A stretch of DNA of 63,977 nt, the filler included. It is 6 parts of 6 records of this genome, joined end to end, with 100 filler letters (N's around TTAATTAATTAA, not from the genome) between each part and the next. Parts side by side here need not be neighbours in the genome. Positions count along the whole stretch, not along the records: positions 1 to 15,924 come from SRR31156797_8555; 5 more parts are not named here. One strand, 5' to 3'. Position numbers and translations under genes: made by a program. The notes beneath the pieces are model-generated. The model ran no database searches and was not told where the DNA came from. It worked only from the letters and a program-made list of their open reading frames with translations. Each line of letters begins with the position of its first letter. Position 1 is the stretch's first letter. Positions 1 to 10,015 of this stretch are shown here, piece after piece.

Positions 1-875
1 TGCGCCCGATTTCGAACCTCTTCCAATTCCCCTTCGGTGGCGATACCCTGTTCCAGCAACTCTTTTTCAAAACGGGGAATCCCGTCCTTCTTTTTCATTG
101 CCGCCATCTCTTCGGGGGTACGGTAATGTTGGGGATCTCCCTCAAAGTGGCCTTTCCACCGGGTGGCCTTAATTTCAATGAGGGCCGGTCCCTTGCCGGC
201 GCGGATGTGTTTTGCCGTTTCCGTCACCGCTTCATGGACGGCCATTATGTCGTTACCGTCAACGGTGAGCCCAGGAATGCCGTAGCCCGCGGCCCTGGCG
301 GAGATGTCTTCCACCGAGCAGACGTCGTCCACGCATCCGCTGATGCCGTATTCGTTGTTGACGCATATGGCAAGGGAAGGGAGTTTCCAGCAGGAGGCCA
401 GATTGAGCGCTTCATGGAACTCGCCCCGGTGGGAGGCGCCGTCTCCAAAAAGAACCACCGCGATATCCCCCTCGCCCTTTTTTTGCAGCGCCAGGGCGAT
501 GCCGTTATTGATGGTCTGGTTGGGTCCCAGAATACCGTTACAGCCGGGGGCGTTTTTTTCAAAAACCGCCAGGTGCATGGACCCCCCCTTCCCTTTACAG
601 TACCCGGTGACTTTGCCGAAGATCTCCGCCCGCATTCGGCCCATGTCCGCGTCCCGGGCGATCATGAGGCCATGCTCCCGGTGGGTGCCGGAAATCCAGT
701 CCGATGGCCGCAAGGCCGATACGAGGCCCACCATGGGCGCTTCCTGCCCGACCCCCAGATGGACGAATCCGGGGAGCGTCCCCCCGGTTACCGCATCGGA
801 GAGGGATTCCTCGAAGATCCTGATTTTCACCATCTTTTCATACATTTCCAGCAGTTTTTCCTTGGGTAATTCCAT
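1..875 (-). CDS. acoA: TPP-dependent acetoin dehydrogenase E1 alpha subunit (3' end runs off window; not in ORF track)
   Basis: Manual translation MELPKEKLLEMYEKMVKIRIFEE..LPGFVHLGVGQEA; TPP motif FGDGASHRGEFHEALNLA..VNN; GHFEGDPQHYR loop; RBS AAAGGAG; adjacent to acoX. Confidence 0.85.
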   Translation of the reverse strand, partial: MELPKEKLLEMYEKMVKIRIFEESLSDAVTGGTLPGFVHLGVGQEAPMVGLVSALRPSDWISGTHREHGLMIARDADMGRMRAEIFGKVTGYCKGKGGSMHLAVFEKNAPGCNGILGPNQTINNGIALALQKKGEGDIAVVLFGDGASHRGEFHEALNLASCWKLPSLAICVNNEYGISGCVDDVCSVEDISARAAGYGIPGLTVDGNDIMAVHEAVTETAKHIRAGKGPALIEIKATRWKGHFEGDPQHYRTPEEMAAMKKKDGIPRFEKELLEQGIATEGELEEVRNRA

Positions 876-999
876 TGGCCATACTCCTTTCGTTTAAGGT
901 TAAACAGTGTAGAATGGTACGGATTTCCCAACAGTCATAAGACAAGGACCCGGGTTTTACGGTCATATGGGGACCCTCATCCTTAGAACCTGAAATCCT

Positions 1000-1983
1000 C
1001 TAAGCCGCCTTAAAAAGTGATTTCATGGCGGCCTTTTTGAGCGTTTGGGGGATGTCAATTACCCGTGGGCCGTCCAGTTGCAGGGTTACGGTCCATTGAC
1101 TCCCTTCAGCGATAATGTGTTCCCGCTCCCCATCCAGCGCCAGCACGGCAGGCGTATGGGATATGGTGATTTCCTCGCCGGGCTCAATGATCCGGCAGCT
1201 TTTTACCGGCACATCTCTTATGAGCCCGGGGGCGATGGGGGCCTTCACCGTTTCTCCGCCGGCGCCGATCTTGATATGAATGCCTTTTTTGCTGTCCGGG
1301 GGAAGTGGCGAAAGGTGCCCGCCGATGGATGAAAAGCCGATATTTCCGGGTTCGGCGCGGGTCAGGAAAATTTCGTCCAGAAGGGAGACATCCCAGACGG
1401 CCCGGGAACCGATAAACCCGTGACCGGAAACCACCGCATCAACCAATGCAATGTCCCTGGGGCCTGATTGATCCCTTATGGCCAGCAGAGGTGCTTTCCG
1501 GGTGCACTGCTCCAAAGGGGTTTCGTTCAAGGCAATGACGCCTGCGGCCATCCCCGCCATGGTGCTTTCAACCATAAATGGAAAAACATTGTTGGTGCCC
1601 GTTGAGATGGGTAGAAGGGGAATGTCGCCGCAGGTTTTGGCCACGGCCCGGTTGGTGCCGTCGCCGCCTAAGGTGATGATGCAGGCGGCGCCCAGATCGG
1701 AAAGGATTTTGGCTGCTGTTGTGCTGTCGTCCTGGGTCCCTTCCATGGGCATGTCAAGAAAGGAAGTCTTTAAAGAGACCTCCAAATCTTCCATGGCCCT
1801 GGGGCCGATGCGGAAATGATCGGGCATGAAGAGAATCTCTTCCACACCCATGGCCTCAAGACCCAGAATGACGCGTCTTACAATGTTGACTTTTTCGTGA
1901 TTGTCAAACACGGAGCCAAAGGCGACCATGCGGCGAATATCTTTTCCGGATGCCGGATTGGCAACGATACCGATCGGCTTCAA
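1000..1983 (-). CDS. acoX: Acetoin catabolism protein AcoX (ATP-NAD kinase-like)
   Basis: IGIVANPASGKDIRR, LGGDGTNR, STGTNNVFP, ALDGERE motifs; TTG start with GGGAGG RBS; upstream of acoA. Confidence 0.88.
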   Translation of the reverse strand: MKPIGIVANPASGKDIRRMVAFGSVFDNHEKVNIVRRVILGLEAMGVEEILFMPDHFRIGPRAMEDLEVSLKTSFLDMPMEGTQDDSTTAAKILSDLGAACIITLGGDGTNRAVAKTCGDIPLLPISTGTNNVFPFMVESTMAGMAAGVIALNETPLEQCTRKAPLLAIRDQSGPRDIALVDAVVSGHGFIGSRAVWDVSLLDEIFLTRAEPGNIGFSSIGGHLSPLPPDSKKGIHIKIGAGGETVKAPIAPGLIRDVPVKSCRIIEPGEEITISHTPAVLALDGEREHIIAEGSQWTVTLQLDGPRVIDIPQTLKKAAMKSLFKAA

Positions 1984-2345
1984 ATGTTTCCTCCCTTAAA
2001 GCATGAGATTCGCTTTTTTTATGAAACGACTATATCGAAATGCTCCTTGGGCGTCAAATGAAAATCACGACCAAAATATAATATTACAATATTGTGGAGT
2101 GAATGTACCGTTTTGTTTCGGCCCTGATAAAAGATATCCGGCTTGCCGGAAGATTTATTGACAGGTTGATCCGGCTTTTCTATGTTGGCTTAAAAACATC
2201 TTTAAAGTAGAAATTTTAACCGCTGATCCATAAACAAAAATGCCTTTTCCGTAAGATTAAGGAAAATATACCTTGATCGAACAGACCATGAACCCCACTA
2301 TTTTCATTGTGAATTTCCTTGTTGGATCTTTCGAAAGAAAATCTC

Positions 2346-5150
2346 ATGGAGCAAACTTCGTCAATGAATATTCACGAAAAAATTATAGCGGCCATGGAAG
2401 CCTCCTGGTTGATCCGGGATCTTGATGAATTATTTGAGACATCCCTTTCATTCCTTCTCCAATTGCCGTACGTCCATCATGTGGCCATCGCCCTCTTTGA
2501 TGAAAGCGACAATTTGGTGCCCGTGGCCACCGCCGAAAATGAACGGCACGGGGACCAAAAAACCCAAAAAATAAGCGCCCAAAGCTATCTTTTGAATGCC
2601 TATGTCAGGCATTCCATCCGTCGAAGAATTACCATGCCGGAATACCGAAGGGCCTTCTATTACCCCCTACTAAAACATGATGGGCTTCTGGGGCTATTGA
2701 TCATCCGATTTACCGGACGGATCCACAATGAAATCGCCCTTCTGGAAAACCTTCATTTTTTTTCTCACCACCTGGCAGGAAAAGTTCGTGAAATCATAAA
2801 AGAGCAGGAAATCAGGGCTGTGACGGAGGAATTGGACCATGTGCGGCGCCATAGCACCGAAATTCTTCAACAGGTGACCGCCCTCAGCAAGGAACTGTAC
2901 GCCATAACCGCCATATCCACAAAGATAAATCAGTCCATGGATCTGCAGAAAAGTCTTCGAAAGAGCGTCGCCAAAGTCAAGGAGGTATTTGATCCCAAAG
3001 GGGTTTTGATCTACAGGCGAACGATCCTGAAAAACGCATGGGAACTGTCCCATTGCGATATGGCGAAAGGTCTTTTTTCAGATCTTGAACATAAGGAAAT
3101 AGAGGCGTTTTTTTTAGAAGAAATTGCACAAACCAGCAAGCCCCTGCTCAAGTTCGAAAGCAGCGATTTTTTTAAGCCCGGGCTAAAAAACGGAGTTAAA
3201 AGTACATCTGCCACGATTATCGGCGTTCCCATGAAATCAAAAGTGAGGATACACGGGGTATTATTGCTTTTTCTCGAACCGGGCAGATCCTTCAACCCGG
3301 ATAATCTGAGACTCCTCTCCGGCATGGGCAATATTATGGGAATGGCCGTTGAAAATATAGACCTTTTTCACAAGGCCGAAGTGAAGAAAAGGGAATCCGC
3401 CTTTCTGGTGGACTCCATTGCCAAGTTCAATGAAAAGCTGGATCTGGAAAGGACATTGAAGTCCGTGGCGGAAAAAGGCGCCCAATTGGTCGGGGAATCC
3501 AGCTGCATCTATCTCTTTTCCGAAACCAGATATCCCATGATCCAGGTTGCCTGCGAGAATCCCAAGGGAACGCCTCGCCCAAAAGCGCATAGTATGGACA
3601 AAATCGAGCCCAGGGAACTGAGATCTTTGTACCAATCCATGAAGTCTGAAAAGAAAGCGATTCTTGTGAGGGACATCGGTAAATCAAGGCGGATTCCCAA
3701 AGAAACGAAAATCTTTTTCAAAACCGAGGACATCCGTTCACTGATCATGATGCCGTTAAGATTCAGGGGGAAAACCCTTGGATTGGTCGTTCTGGGCCGC
3801 CTCAGGAAAAAACGCCCTTTTGACCGGCACGATTTAGCCTTGTGCAAGGCCCTTGGAAGCGCGGCCGCGGTGGCCATCCAGAATTCATGGACCTATGCGC
3901 AAAGCCTTGAAATGAGCGGCTTGCTGGAACGAAAAGTCAGAGAAAAATCAACGCTGATTCAACAGCTCCACGACAAGCAGACCTCCCGTTTTGAAACCCG
4001 GGACGATATCACCTTCTGGGTCAACAATCAAAACGAATTTGTCTTTGTCAACAGGGCCATGGAAACCCTGACAGGACTTTCGAGGGAGACATTGTGCGGT
4101 GGGCACATTCTGGCGACGGATGTGGTTTTCGAGGAGGATCGAAGCCGTATAAAGGACCGTTTCATGAGTGTCCTTATGGGAGAGGCGCCCTTTTTAACAG
4201 ACCTGGAATATCGTCACCTGAACTGGAAGGGAGAAGATCACATCGTTTCCCTAACCATTTATCCCGCAAAGAAAATCTCCGGGAAAATCATCGGGATCGA
4301 GGGCATCGGCCGCAACATAAGCGAAACGAAAATGTTGGAGGCAGAATTGGAAAAAAACAAGAATCTGGCCCTGCTCGGGGAATTTTCCGGCGCCGTTGCG
4401 CACCAGATTCGAAACCCCCTCAGCAACATTTTGATGAGCATCAATCTGCTGCAAAAATTCTTGCCCATTGACGGAAACGGGCGCCTCATTGAAACAAAAC
4501 AAGCGGCGCCGGGAAAGCCCGGTCTGTTGAACGAGCAATATCTTTCCGAGCTGTTTGGAAACCTCAGGGACAGCGTCAACAATCTGAACCGAGTGGTCAC
4601 CGAAATGCTGCAATACACCCGGACCCTGAAACTGAGCCTTTCCGTTCAGCAAATAGACCTGGTCATCGATGAAACGCTGAATCGTTTGCGCAATCACATT
4701 AAAGACAAAGACATTATTGTTCAAAAGCGCTTCGATTCAAACCTGCCGCCCATCCCCTTCGATGCCGTACTCATGAGCCAGGTATTTCAAAATGTTATTC
4801 AGAATGGCATTGAAGCCATGCAGGAAGGGGGAACCCTTGAAGTTTTTTCCGGTTTGTCGGAGCAAAAAGAAGATTTTCTGAAAATTGCCGTCAAGGACTC
4901 GGGACCCGGCCTCGCGCCTTCTGAAACCGGAAAGATATTTCACCCCATGTACACCACCAAGGTTTCGGGAACCGGCTTGGGGTTGTCCCTTTCCCATCGC
5001 ATTATTGAGGCTCATAAGGGAACCATGTGGGCAGCCAACAATTCTGAAAAAGGGATGACCGTTCATATTCTGCTCCCCACGAACACCCATGAAAAAACCC
5101 CCATGCCAAAGGGAGGACCCCGTGACGCCTCATATTCTCGTAGTGGATGA
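2346..5150 (+). CDS. Cytoplasmic multi-GAF/PAS sensor histidine kinase
   Basis: GAF-like segments, PAS (FVFVNRAMETLTG), H-box VAHQIRNPL, N-box QNVIQNGIEAM, DSGPG and GTGLGL boxes; no TM segment; start uncertain (2319/2346/2364). Confidence 0.9.
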   Translation: MEQTSSMNIHEKIIAAMEASWLIRDLDELFETSLSFLLQLPYVHHVAIALFDESDNLVPVATAENERHGDQKTQKISAQSYLLNAYVRHSIRRRITMPEYRRAFYYPLLKHDGLLGLLIIRFTGRIHNEIALLENLHFFSHHLAGKVREIIKEQEIRAVTEELDHVRRHSTEILQQVTALSKELYAITAISTKINQSMDLQKSLRKSVAKVKEVFDPKGVLIYRRTILKNAWELSHCDMAKGLFSDLEHKEIEAFFLEEIAQTSKPLLKFESSDFFKPGLKNGVKSTSATIIGVPMKSKVRIHGVLLLFLEPGRSFNPDNLRLLSGMGNIMGMAVENIDLFHKAEVKKRESAFLVDSIAKFNEKLDLERTLKSVAEKGAQLVGESSCIYLFSETRYPMIQVACENPKGTPRPKAHSMDKIEPRELRSLYQSMKSEKKAILVRDIGKSRRIPKETKIFFKTEDIRSLIMMPLRFRGKTLGLVVLGRLRKKRPFDRHDLALCKALGSAAAVAIQNSWTYAQSLEMSGLLERKVREKSTLIQQLHDKQTSRFETRDDITFWVNNQNEFVFVNRAMETLTGLSRETLCGGHILATDVVFEEDRSRIKDRFMSVLMGEAPFLTDLEYRHLNWKGEDHIVSLTIYPAKKISGKIIGIEGIGRNISETKMLEAELEKNKNLALLGEFSGAVAHQIRNPLSNILMSINLLQKFLPIDGNGRLIETKQAAPGKPGLLNEQYLSELFGNLRDSVNNLNRVVTEMLQYTRTLKLSLSVQQIDLVIDETLNRLRNHIKDKDIIVQKRFDSNLPPIPFDAVLMSQVFQNVIQNGIEAMQEGGTLEVFSGLSEQKEDFLKIAVKDSGPGLAPSETGKIFHPMYTTKVSGTGLGLSLSHRIIEAHKGTMWAANNSEKGMTVHILLPTNTHEKTPMPKGGPRDASYSRSG

Positions 5151-6528
5151 TGAAATTTCTTTCTGCCGCCATATACAAGCCATACTGGAAGGGGAAGGCT
5201 ATGATGTGGACACGGCCCATGAGGCAAAGGGCGCCATTGGGCTGCTCAATTCCCACAGCTACGATATCCTGCTGACCGACATGCGGATGCCGGGGATTCA
5301 AGGAATTGAACTCATTAAGTTGGCCTTGAAACTCGATCCGGACATTTCATGTATCATCATGACCGCTTACGGCACGATCTCTTCGGCCGTCAACGCCATC
5401 AAGGAAGGCGGAAGCGATTATCTGGAAAAGCCTTTCGAGCCGGAAACCCTGCTCATGGTCGTGGCAAGGATCGTCAGGGAAAGACAATTGCTGCAGGAAA
5501 TACGCGATCTCAGAAAAGAGGTGGATAGAAAATACGCCTTTGGGAACATCATTGGAAAGAGCCATAAGATGCAGGCCATTTATGAACTGATTCAAAGAGT
5601 CGCCGCAACGGATGCAAGGGTCTTTATTACCGGTGAGACAGGGGTCGGCAAAGAACTGGTGGCCAAGGCGATCCATTTCAACAGCCCCAGAAAAAGCAAA
5701 CCCTTTGTCAGTATCAATTGCGGCGCCCTCTCCGAAACCCTGTTGGAGACTGAGCTTTTCGGACATGAAAAAGGCGCTTTCACGGGCGCCATCCAAAAAA
5801 AAATGGGGAAATTTGAATACGCGCGGGGCAGCACGTTGTTTTTGGACGAGGTGGGAGAAATCTCATCCAGAATGCAAGTGAGACTTCTAAGGGTTTTGCA
5901 GGAAAAGAAAGTTGAGCGGGTAGGCGGAAACGAATCAATTGATGTGGATGTGCGTTTGCTGTCAGCCACCAATCGAGACATTGTCAAGCGGATCAGAGAG
6001 AGGGAATTCCGAACGGATCTCTATTATCGGCTCAACGTGGTGCCTATCCACATCCCTCCCCTGAGGGAAAGGATTGAGGACATCCCTCTCTTGGTGAAAC
6101 ACTTCGTCCAGGCCTTTAACAGGGATATGAACAGGAACATTCGAGAAATTTCCGTGGCCGCCATGAACCAGTTGATGAAATACCACTGGCCCGGAAACGT
6201 CAGGGAGTTGGAGAATATTCTGGAAAGGGCCTTTGTGGTCACCGACGGCGATGTTATCGATACGGTATTTTTTTCCCATGGCCCCCACGGCGCCGCAACG
6301 GAAGAATCGTCATCCTATCATGTGGATATTGACATACCCTTCGCCACGGCCCGTTCCGTTGTTGTCAGCCGATTTGAAAAGGCCTATCTTTATGAAGCCC
6401 TCAAGCGATATGAGGGGAATGTGTCCAAAACGGCCAGCAAGACCGGAATCAATCCCAGAACGCTTTGGCGAAAAATTAAAGCCTACGCCCTGAATCATGG
6501 GGGATTTAAGTCCGGAAACCCACAGTAA
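5122..6528 (+). CDS. NtrC-family sigma54-dependent response regulator
   Basis: Receiver ILVVDD..LTDMRMP..MTA..EKP; GETGVGKE, GAFTGA, FLDEVGE, WPGNVRELEN; Fis HTH; GTG start after GGGAGG. Confidence 0.95.
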   Translation: MTPHILVVDDEISFCRHIQAILEGEGYDVDTAHEAKGAIGLLNSHSYDILLTDMRMPGIQGIELIKLALKLDPDISCIIMTAYGTISSAVNAIKEGGSDYLEKPFEPETLLMVVARIVRERQLLQEIRDLRKEVDRKYAFGNIIGKSHKMQAIYELIQRVAATDARVFITGETGVGKELVAKAIHFNSPRKSKPFVSINCGALSETLLETELFGHEKGAFTGAIQKKMGKFEYARGSTLFLDEVGEISSRMQVRLLRVLQEKKVERVGGNESIDVDVRLLSATNRDIVKRIREREFRTDLYYRLNVVPIHIPPLRERIEDIPLLVKHFVQAFNRDMNRNIREISVAAMNQLMKYHWPGNVRELENILERAFVVTDGDVIDTVFFSHGPHGAATEESSSYHVDIDIPFATARSVVVSRFEKAYLYEALKRYEGNVSKTASKTGINPRTLWRKIKAYALNHGGFKSGNPQ

Positions 6529-6723
6529 CCCCGTGTCAGAGTGCGACATCTGCGTCACACTCATAACAATCTAAAATAACGTCATAATTTTAGATCCGGC
6601 TTCTTTTCCTAATTTTTTGACCTACGAATGTCACAGTGGTCGTCACATGATGAGGCCTGGAAATACCGGGTCCGACCACGGCTTTCCCCCAATCTTGGGT
6701 TAAAACCGCCATGATAAACTATT

Positions 6724-6739
6724 TGGCACTAAGTTTGCA
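6724..6739 (+). promoter_or_regulatory. sigma54 (-24/-12) promoter of mtaA-mtaC-cobW
   Basis: TGGCAC-TAAGT-TTGCA matches TGGCAC-N5-TTGCW. Confidence 0.85.
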
Positions 6740-6990
6740 TTATAACCTGCTATTGTAGCATCAACAACTACCGATGCCACGGAAACAAATTTTTCATTAA
6801 ACAATCGATATTCATCATAAAATAGGCCTCCCCAAAACGCGACGGACGGCACGGGGAGGGCACTTGTTTTTCAAGTAATTCAGAAACACCCCCAAACACT
6901 GCTCAAAAGATATGCCGGCCTTTGCCAGCGAAGGCAAAGGCTATCCAATGATTATGCACGTAACATTTTTCCTTGAGGAGGATACAAAGA

Positions 6991-8004
6991 ATGAATGCAA
7001 AAGAGCGCGTAATGGCGGTTTTGAACCACCAGAAGCCGGATCGGATGCCCTGTTTCGGCGCCAACTCAACCGTCTCCTACGGTCAGATGGAAAAGGTGCA
7101 GGCTTTCTGGCCGGATGGGCACCGGAATGGAGAAGTCATGGCCAAACAGGCCCTGGCCGCCTATACGGTACTCGGGTTTGACGCGGTGAGGGTTCCCTTT
7201 TGTCAAACCTTTGAAGCGGTGGCCCTGGGATGCAAGTACAAGCCGGCGGCAAATCTGGAAGGGGGCGAAGGCATTCCCGGAATTGACCACCCGCCCCGCT
7301 ATACTATATCCGACACACCGGAATTCCCGGACGATTTTCTTTCCAGGGGCAAAATACCGGAATTGCTCAAAGCCGTTCGACTGTTAAAAAAAGAGGTGGG
7401 GGACGAGGTGCCGATTGTTGCGGGAATCATCGGGCCCTTTACCGTTGCCGGTTCTCTTCTGGATGCGGTTCCCATTCTTAAAGCAAGCTTCAAATACCCC
7501 GACAAGCTTCGGCCCTTCCTGGACGTGGGGGAAAAGGCGGGCACAGCCCTTGCCAAGGCCCTGATAGAAGCGGGCGCCGATATGATTTCCTGCGAAGATA
7601 TGACCGCATCCCCCGAACTCATCGCTCCAACAACTTACAGAGACCTGGAATTGGAGTATCAGAAGAAACAGTTTGACGCCATCGCCGTTCCCAAAATCCT
7701 TCATATTTGCGGCAACGTAGATCCCATTGTGGGATGGATGGGACAAACCGGGGCGGACATACTGAGCCTGGAACCCAAAGCGGATGCCGGACTTGCCAGA
7801 AGAAAATGCGGCCCCCACATGATTCTGATGGGCGGCGTGGACACCGCAACCACGCTCTTCATGAAAGACGCCGCCACCGTAAAGGAGGGGTGTGAGGAGT
7901 CCATTTCAGACGGCATCCAGATTTTGGCTCCGGGATGCGCCGTGGCCCCGGGCACTCCCGATGAGAACCTGCTGGCCATGGTGGACGTGGCCAAAGGCCA
8001 TTAG
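6991..8004 (+). CDS. mtaA: MtaA/CmuA-family methylcobamide:thiol methyltransferase (URO-D fold)
   Basis: GFDAVRVPFCQTFEA, GPFTVA, Zn-ligand motifs LHICG and APGC; GAGGAGG RBS; context with mtaBC. Confidence 0.85.
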   Translation: MNAKERVMAVLNHQKPDRMPCFGANSTVSYGQMEKVQAFWPDGHRNGEVMAKQALAAYTVLGFDAVRVPFCQTFEAVALGCKYKPAANLEGGEGIPGIDHPPRYTISDTPEFPDDFLSRGKIPELLKAVRLLKKEVGDEVPIVAGIIGPFTVAGSLLDAVPILKASFKYPDKLRPFLDVGEKAGTALAKALIEAGADMISCEDMTASPELIAPTTYRDLELEYQKKQFDAIAVPKILHICGNVDPIVGWMGQTGADILSLEPKADAGLARRKCGPHMILMGGVDTATTLFMKDAATVKEGCEESISDGIQILAPGCAVAPGTPDENLLAMVDVAKGH

Positions 8005-8083
8005 CGATAGTGCAATTTTGGATATTGGTGGTTCTTGCCGGAACCATTTTGATGATGCAAACACTGACGTAAGGAGAGGAAAA

Positions 8084-8830
8084 ATGAAAGTACTGAATGA
8101 TTTTTCTGACATTTTCAAGCGGTACGACCTCGACCTTGAGGTTTCGGGCGGCGCCAGGGAAGTTTCTAATGACGCGATTCTTCAAAAAATCGCTCAGTTT
8201 GTGGTGGATGGAGACGACGAAGGGATCGGTCCCGCCGTCAAAGAGACATTGGAAACAAAATCTCCCCTGGAGGTCATCAACGATGCTCTGATCGCGGGCA
8301 TGAACGAGGTAAGCCGCCTGTGGGAGGAGGGGGTATATTTCCTTCCCCAGGTGATTCTCTCATCGGACGCCATGAATGTGGGCATCGCCCTGTGCGAAAA
8401 CGCCATGGGCAAATCCATGGAAAGAAAAGCGCCCGTTGTCACCCATACGGCCGAGGGAGATATCCATGACATCGGTCAGGTGATTGTGAACGCCCTGTTG
8501 ACCGCAAACGGTTTCGAGGTCATCGATATGGGAGCGGACGTTCCGGTGGACAAGGTTGTGGCTGCGTGCAAACAGCATAAACCCGTGATGGTCACCGGAA
8601 CGGCCCTGATGACCACCACCATGACCGCCTTTCCCAAAATCGCCCATCAGCTTAAGAATGCCGGACTCGCCATCCCCTTCATATGCGGCGGCGGCGCGGT
8701 GTGCGAAGAGTATGTAACCGGTTACGACCTTGGGGTCTGGGGCAAAGAGGCAAGCCAGGCGCCTGACATGGCCGAGGACGCCCTGGCGGGAGAAAGCTGG
8801 GAATCCATGCGGAGCACATGGAACGGATAG
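8084..8830 (+). CDS. mtaC: Methanol corrinoid protein MtaC
   Basis: B12 motif AEGDIHDIG; FLPQVILSSDAM, TGTALMTTTM, IPFICGGGAV and N-terminal KRYDL resemble methanogen MtaC; AGGAGAGG RBS. Confidence 0.9.
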   Translation: MKVLNDFSDIFKRYDLDLEVSGGAREVSNDAILQKIAQFVVDGDDEGIGPAVKETLETKSPLEVINDALIAGMNEVSRLWEEGVYFLPQVILSSDAMNVGIALCENAMGKSMERKAPVVTHTAEGDIHDIGQVIVNALLTANGFEVIDMGADVPVDKVVAACKQHKPVMVTGTALMTTTMTAFPKIAHQLKNAGLAIPFICGGGAVCEEYVTGYDLGVWGKEASQAPDMAEDALAGESWESMRSTWNG

Positions 8831-8865
8831 CGCCGACAAAAAGTTGATGGAGAGAATTACAGGGT

Positions 8866-9912
8866 ATGATCGTTGATATCGTCTATGGGTTCTTAGGTTC
8901 CGGCAAAACTACTTTTATCACAAAAGTCCTCGAGAGATGGGGTAGCGATGAAAGAACCGTGGTGCTTGTCAATGAGTTCGGTGATGTGGGCATTGACGGC
9001 GACCTGTTGAGCAATCACGGCGGAAATGTTGTTGAAATGCCGAGCGGGTGCATTTGCTGCACCCTCCAGGCGGATTTCAGGAGTCAGATGCTTGACATCT
9101 GCCGCTCGATCCGTCCGGAAAGGGTCATTGTTGAACCGACCGGCGTTGCCACGATCGCACAGATTCAATCGATTTTTCATGCGCAGCTCTTTGAGGATGC
9201 CTTTGAGGAAATCCACAATATCTTGATTGCGGACGTCTCCGGTTTCATGGGGTTATATAAGGCCAATCGCCATTTCGTGGAATCGCAGGTGAAGCACGCC
9301 CATCTATCCATTTTAAACAAGTGCGACAAAGTCGATAAAAAAAAGGCCATGGTAACCCAAGGGGCCATATCGGCGATCAATCCAAACATCACCGTTTTAA
9401 TGAGTGAATTCGGCGCAGTGGACTGGGCGGAGTATCAGTTCGCCCTCTCCTCCATCGGAAATCTTGAAAAAGACCGCTTGCAAGACGTCCATCATTCAAC
9501 CCTTGCGGCAGGTTCAACAAACGAACTTCCTTCCTTTCAACACATCCACGAGACCAATGGTGAAGGACCCCATGTTCATTTGAATGAAACGGAAAATGCT
9601 CTGGGATACGAATCTTTCGGGGATATTTACCCCGGCCTTTCATTTGAAAAAGGCCCCTTGGAGACGGTTTTTCAGAAATTCAAATCCCGTTCCCGAATGG
9701 GAGACATTGTCAGGGCCAAAGGCGTGTTTCGCATCGGCCAGGGGTGGATATTGATAGAACTGGCATCCGGTGAGTTTTCATCTCAGCCCCTCAGGAACGG
9801 GTCGAACAGCAAGTTCTCCATTATCGGAAAGGAACTCAACCGGGAAATGATCCGCGAAGCCCTGGCCCGTTGCCAATCCAGGGGGCTAAAGCAAGGAAGC
9901 GGAAACCCTTAA
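8866..9912 (+). CDS. COG0523/CobW-family metal-chaperone GTPase
   Basis: GFLGSGKTT, NEFG, GCICC, EPTGVA, NKCD, His-containing linker, RAKG C-terminal domain. Confidence 0.92.
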   Translation: MIVDIVYGFLGSGKTTFITKVLERWGSDERTVVLVNEFGDVGIDGDLLSNHGGNVVEMPSGCICCTLQADFRSQMLDICRSIRPERVIVEPTGVATIAQIQSIFHAQLFEDAFEEIHNILIADVSGFMGLYKANRHFVESQVKHAHLSILNKCDKVDKKKAMVTQGAISAINPNITVLMSEFGAVDWAEYQFALSSIGNLEKDRLQDVHHSTLAAGSTNELPSFQHIHETNGEGPHVHLNETENALGYESFGDIYPGLSFEKGPLETVFQKFKSRSRMGDIVRAKGVFRIGQGWILIELASGEFSSQPLRNGSNSKFSIIGKELNREMIREALARCQSRGLKQGSGNP

Positions 9913-10015
9913 ACCAAAAATAACTTACCTATAATTTCGAATCTTCACACGCTTCTTTCTGAAAAAAATTTACTTCCTTTTTTTTCAGGACAAGCAATTC
10001 ATCAAGGATTGACCC

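Noticed and set aside
126-897. Plus-strand ORFs 126-869 and 304-897
   Set aside because: Shadows of minus-strand acoA, which has clear TPP-enzyme motifs
6740-6975. Possible cobalamin riboswitch in the mtaA leader
   Set aside because: Only a GCCACG fragment and one hairpin; no recognisable B12 box or core
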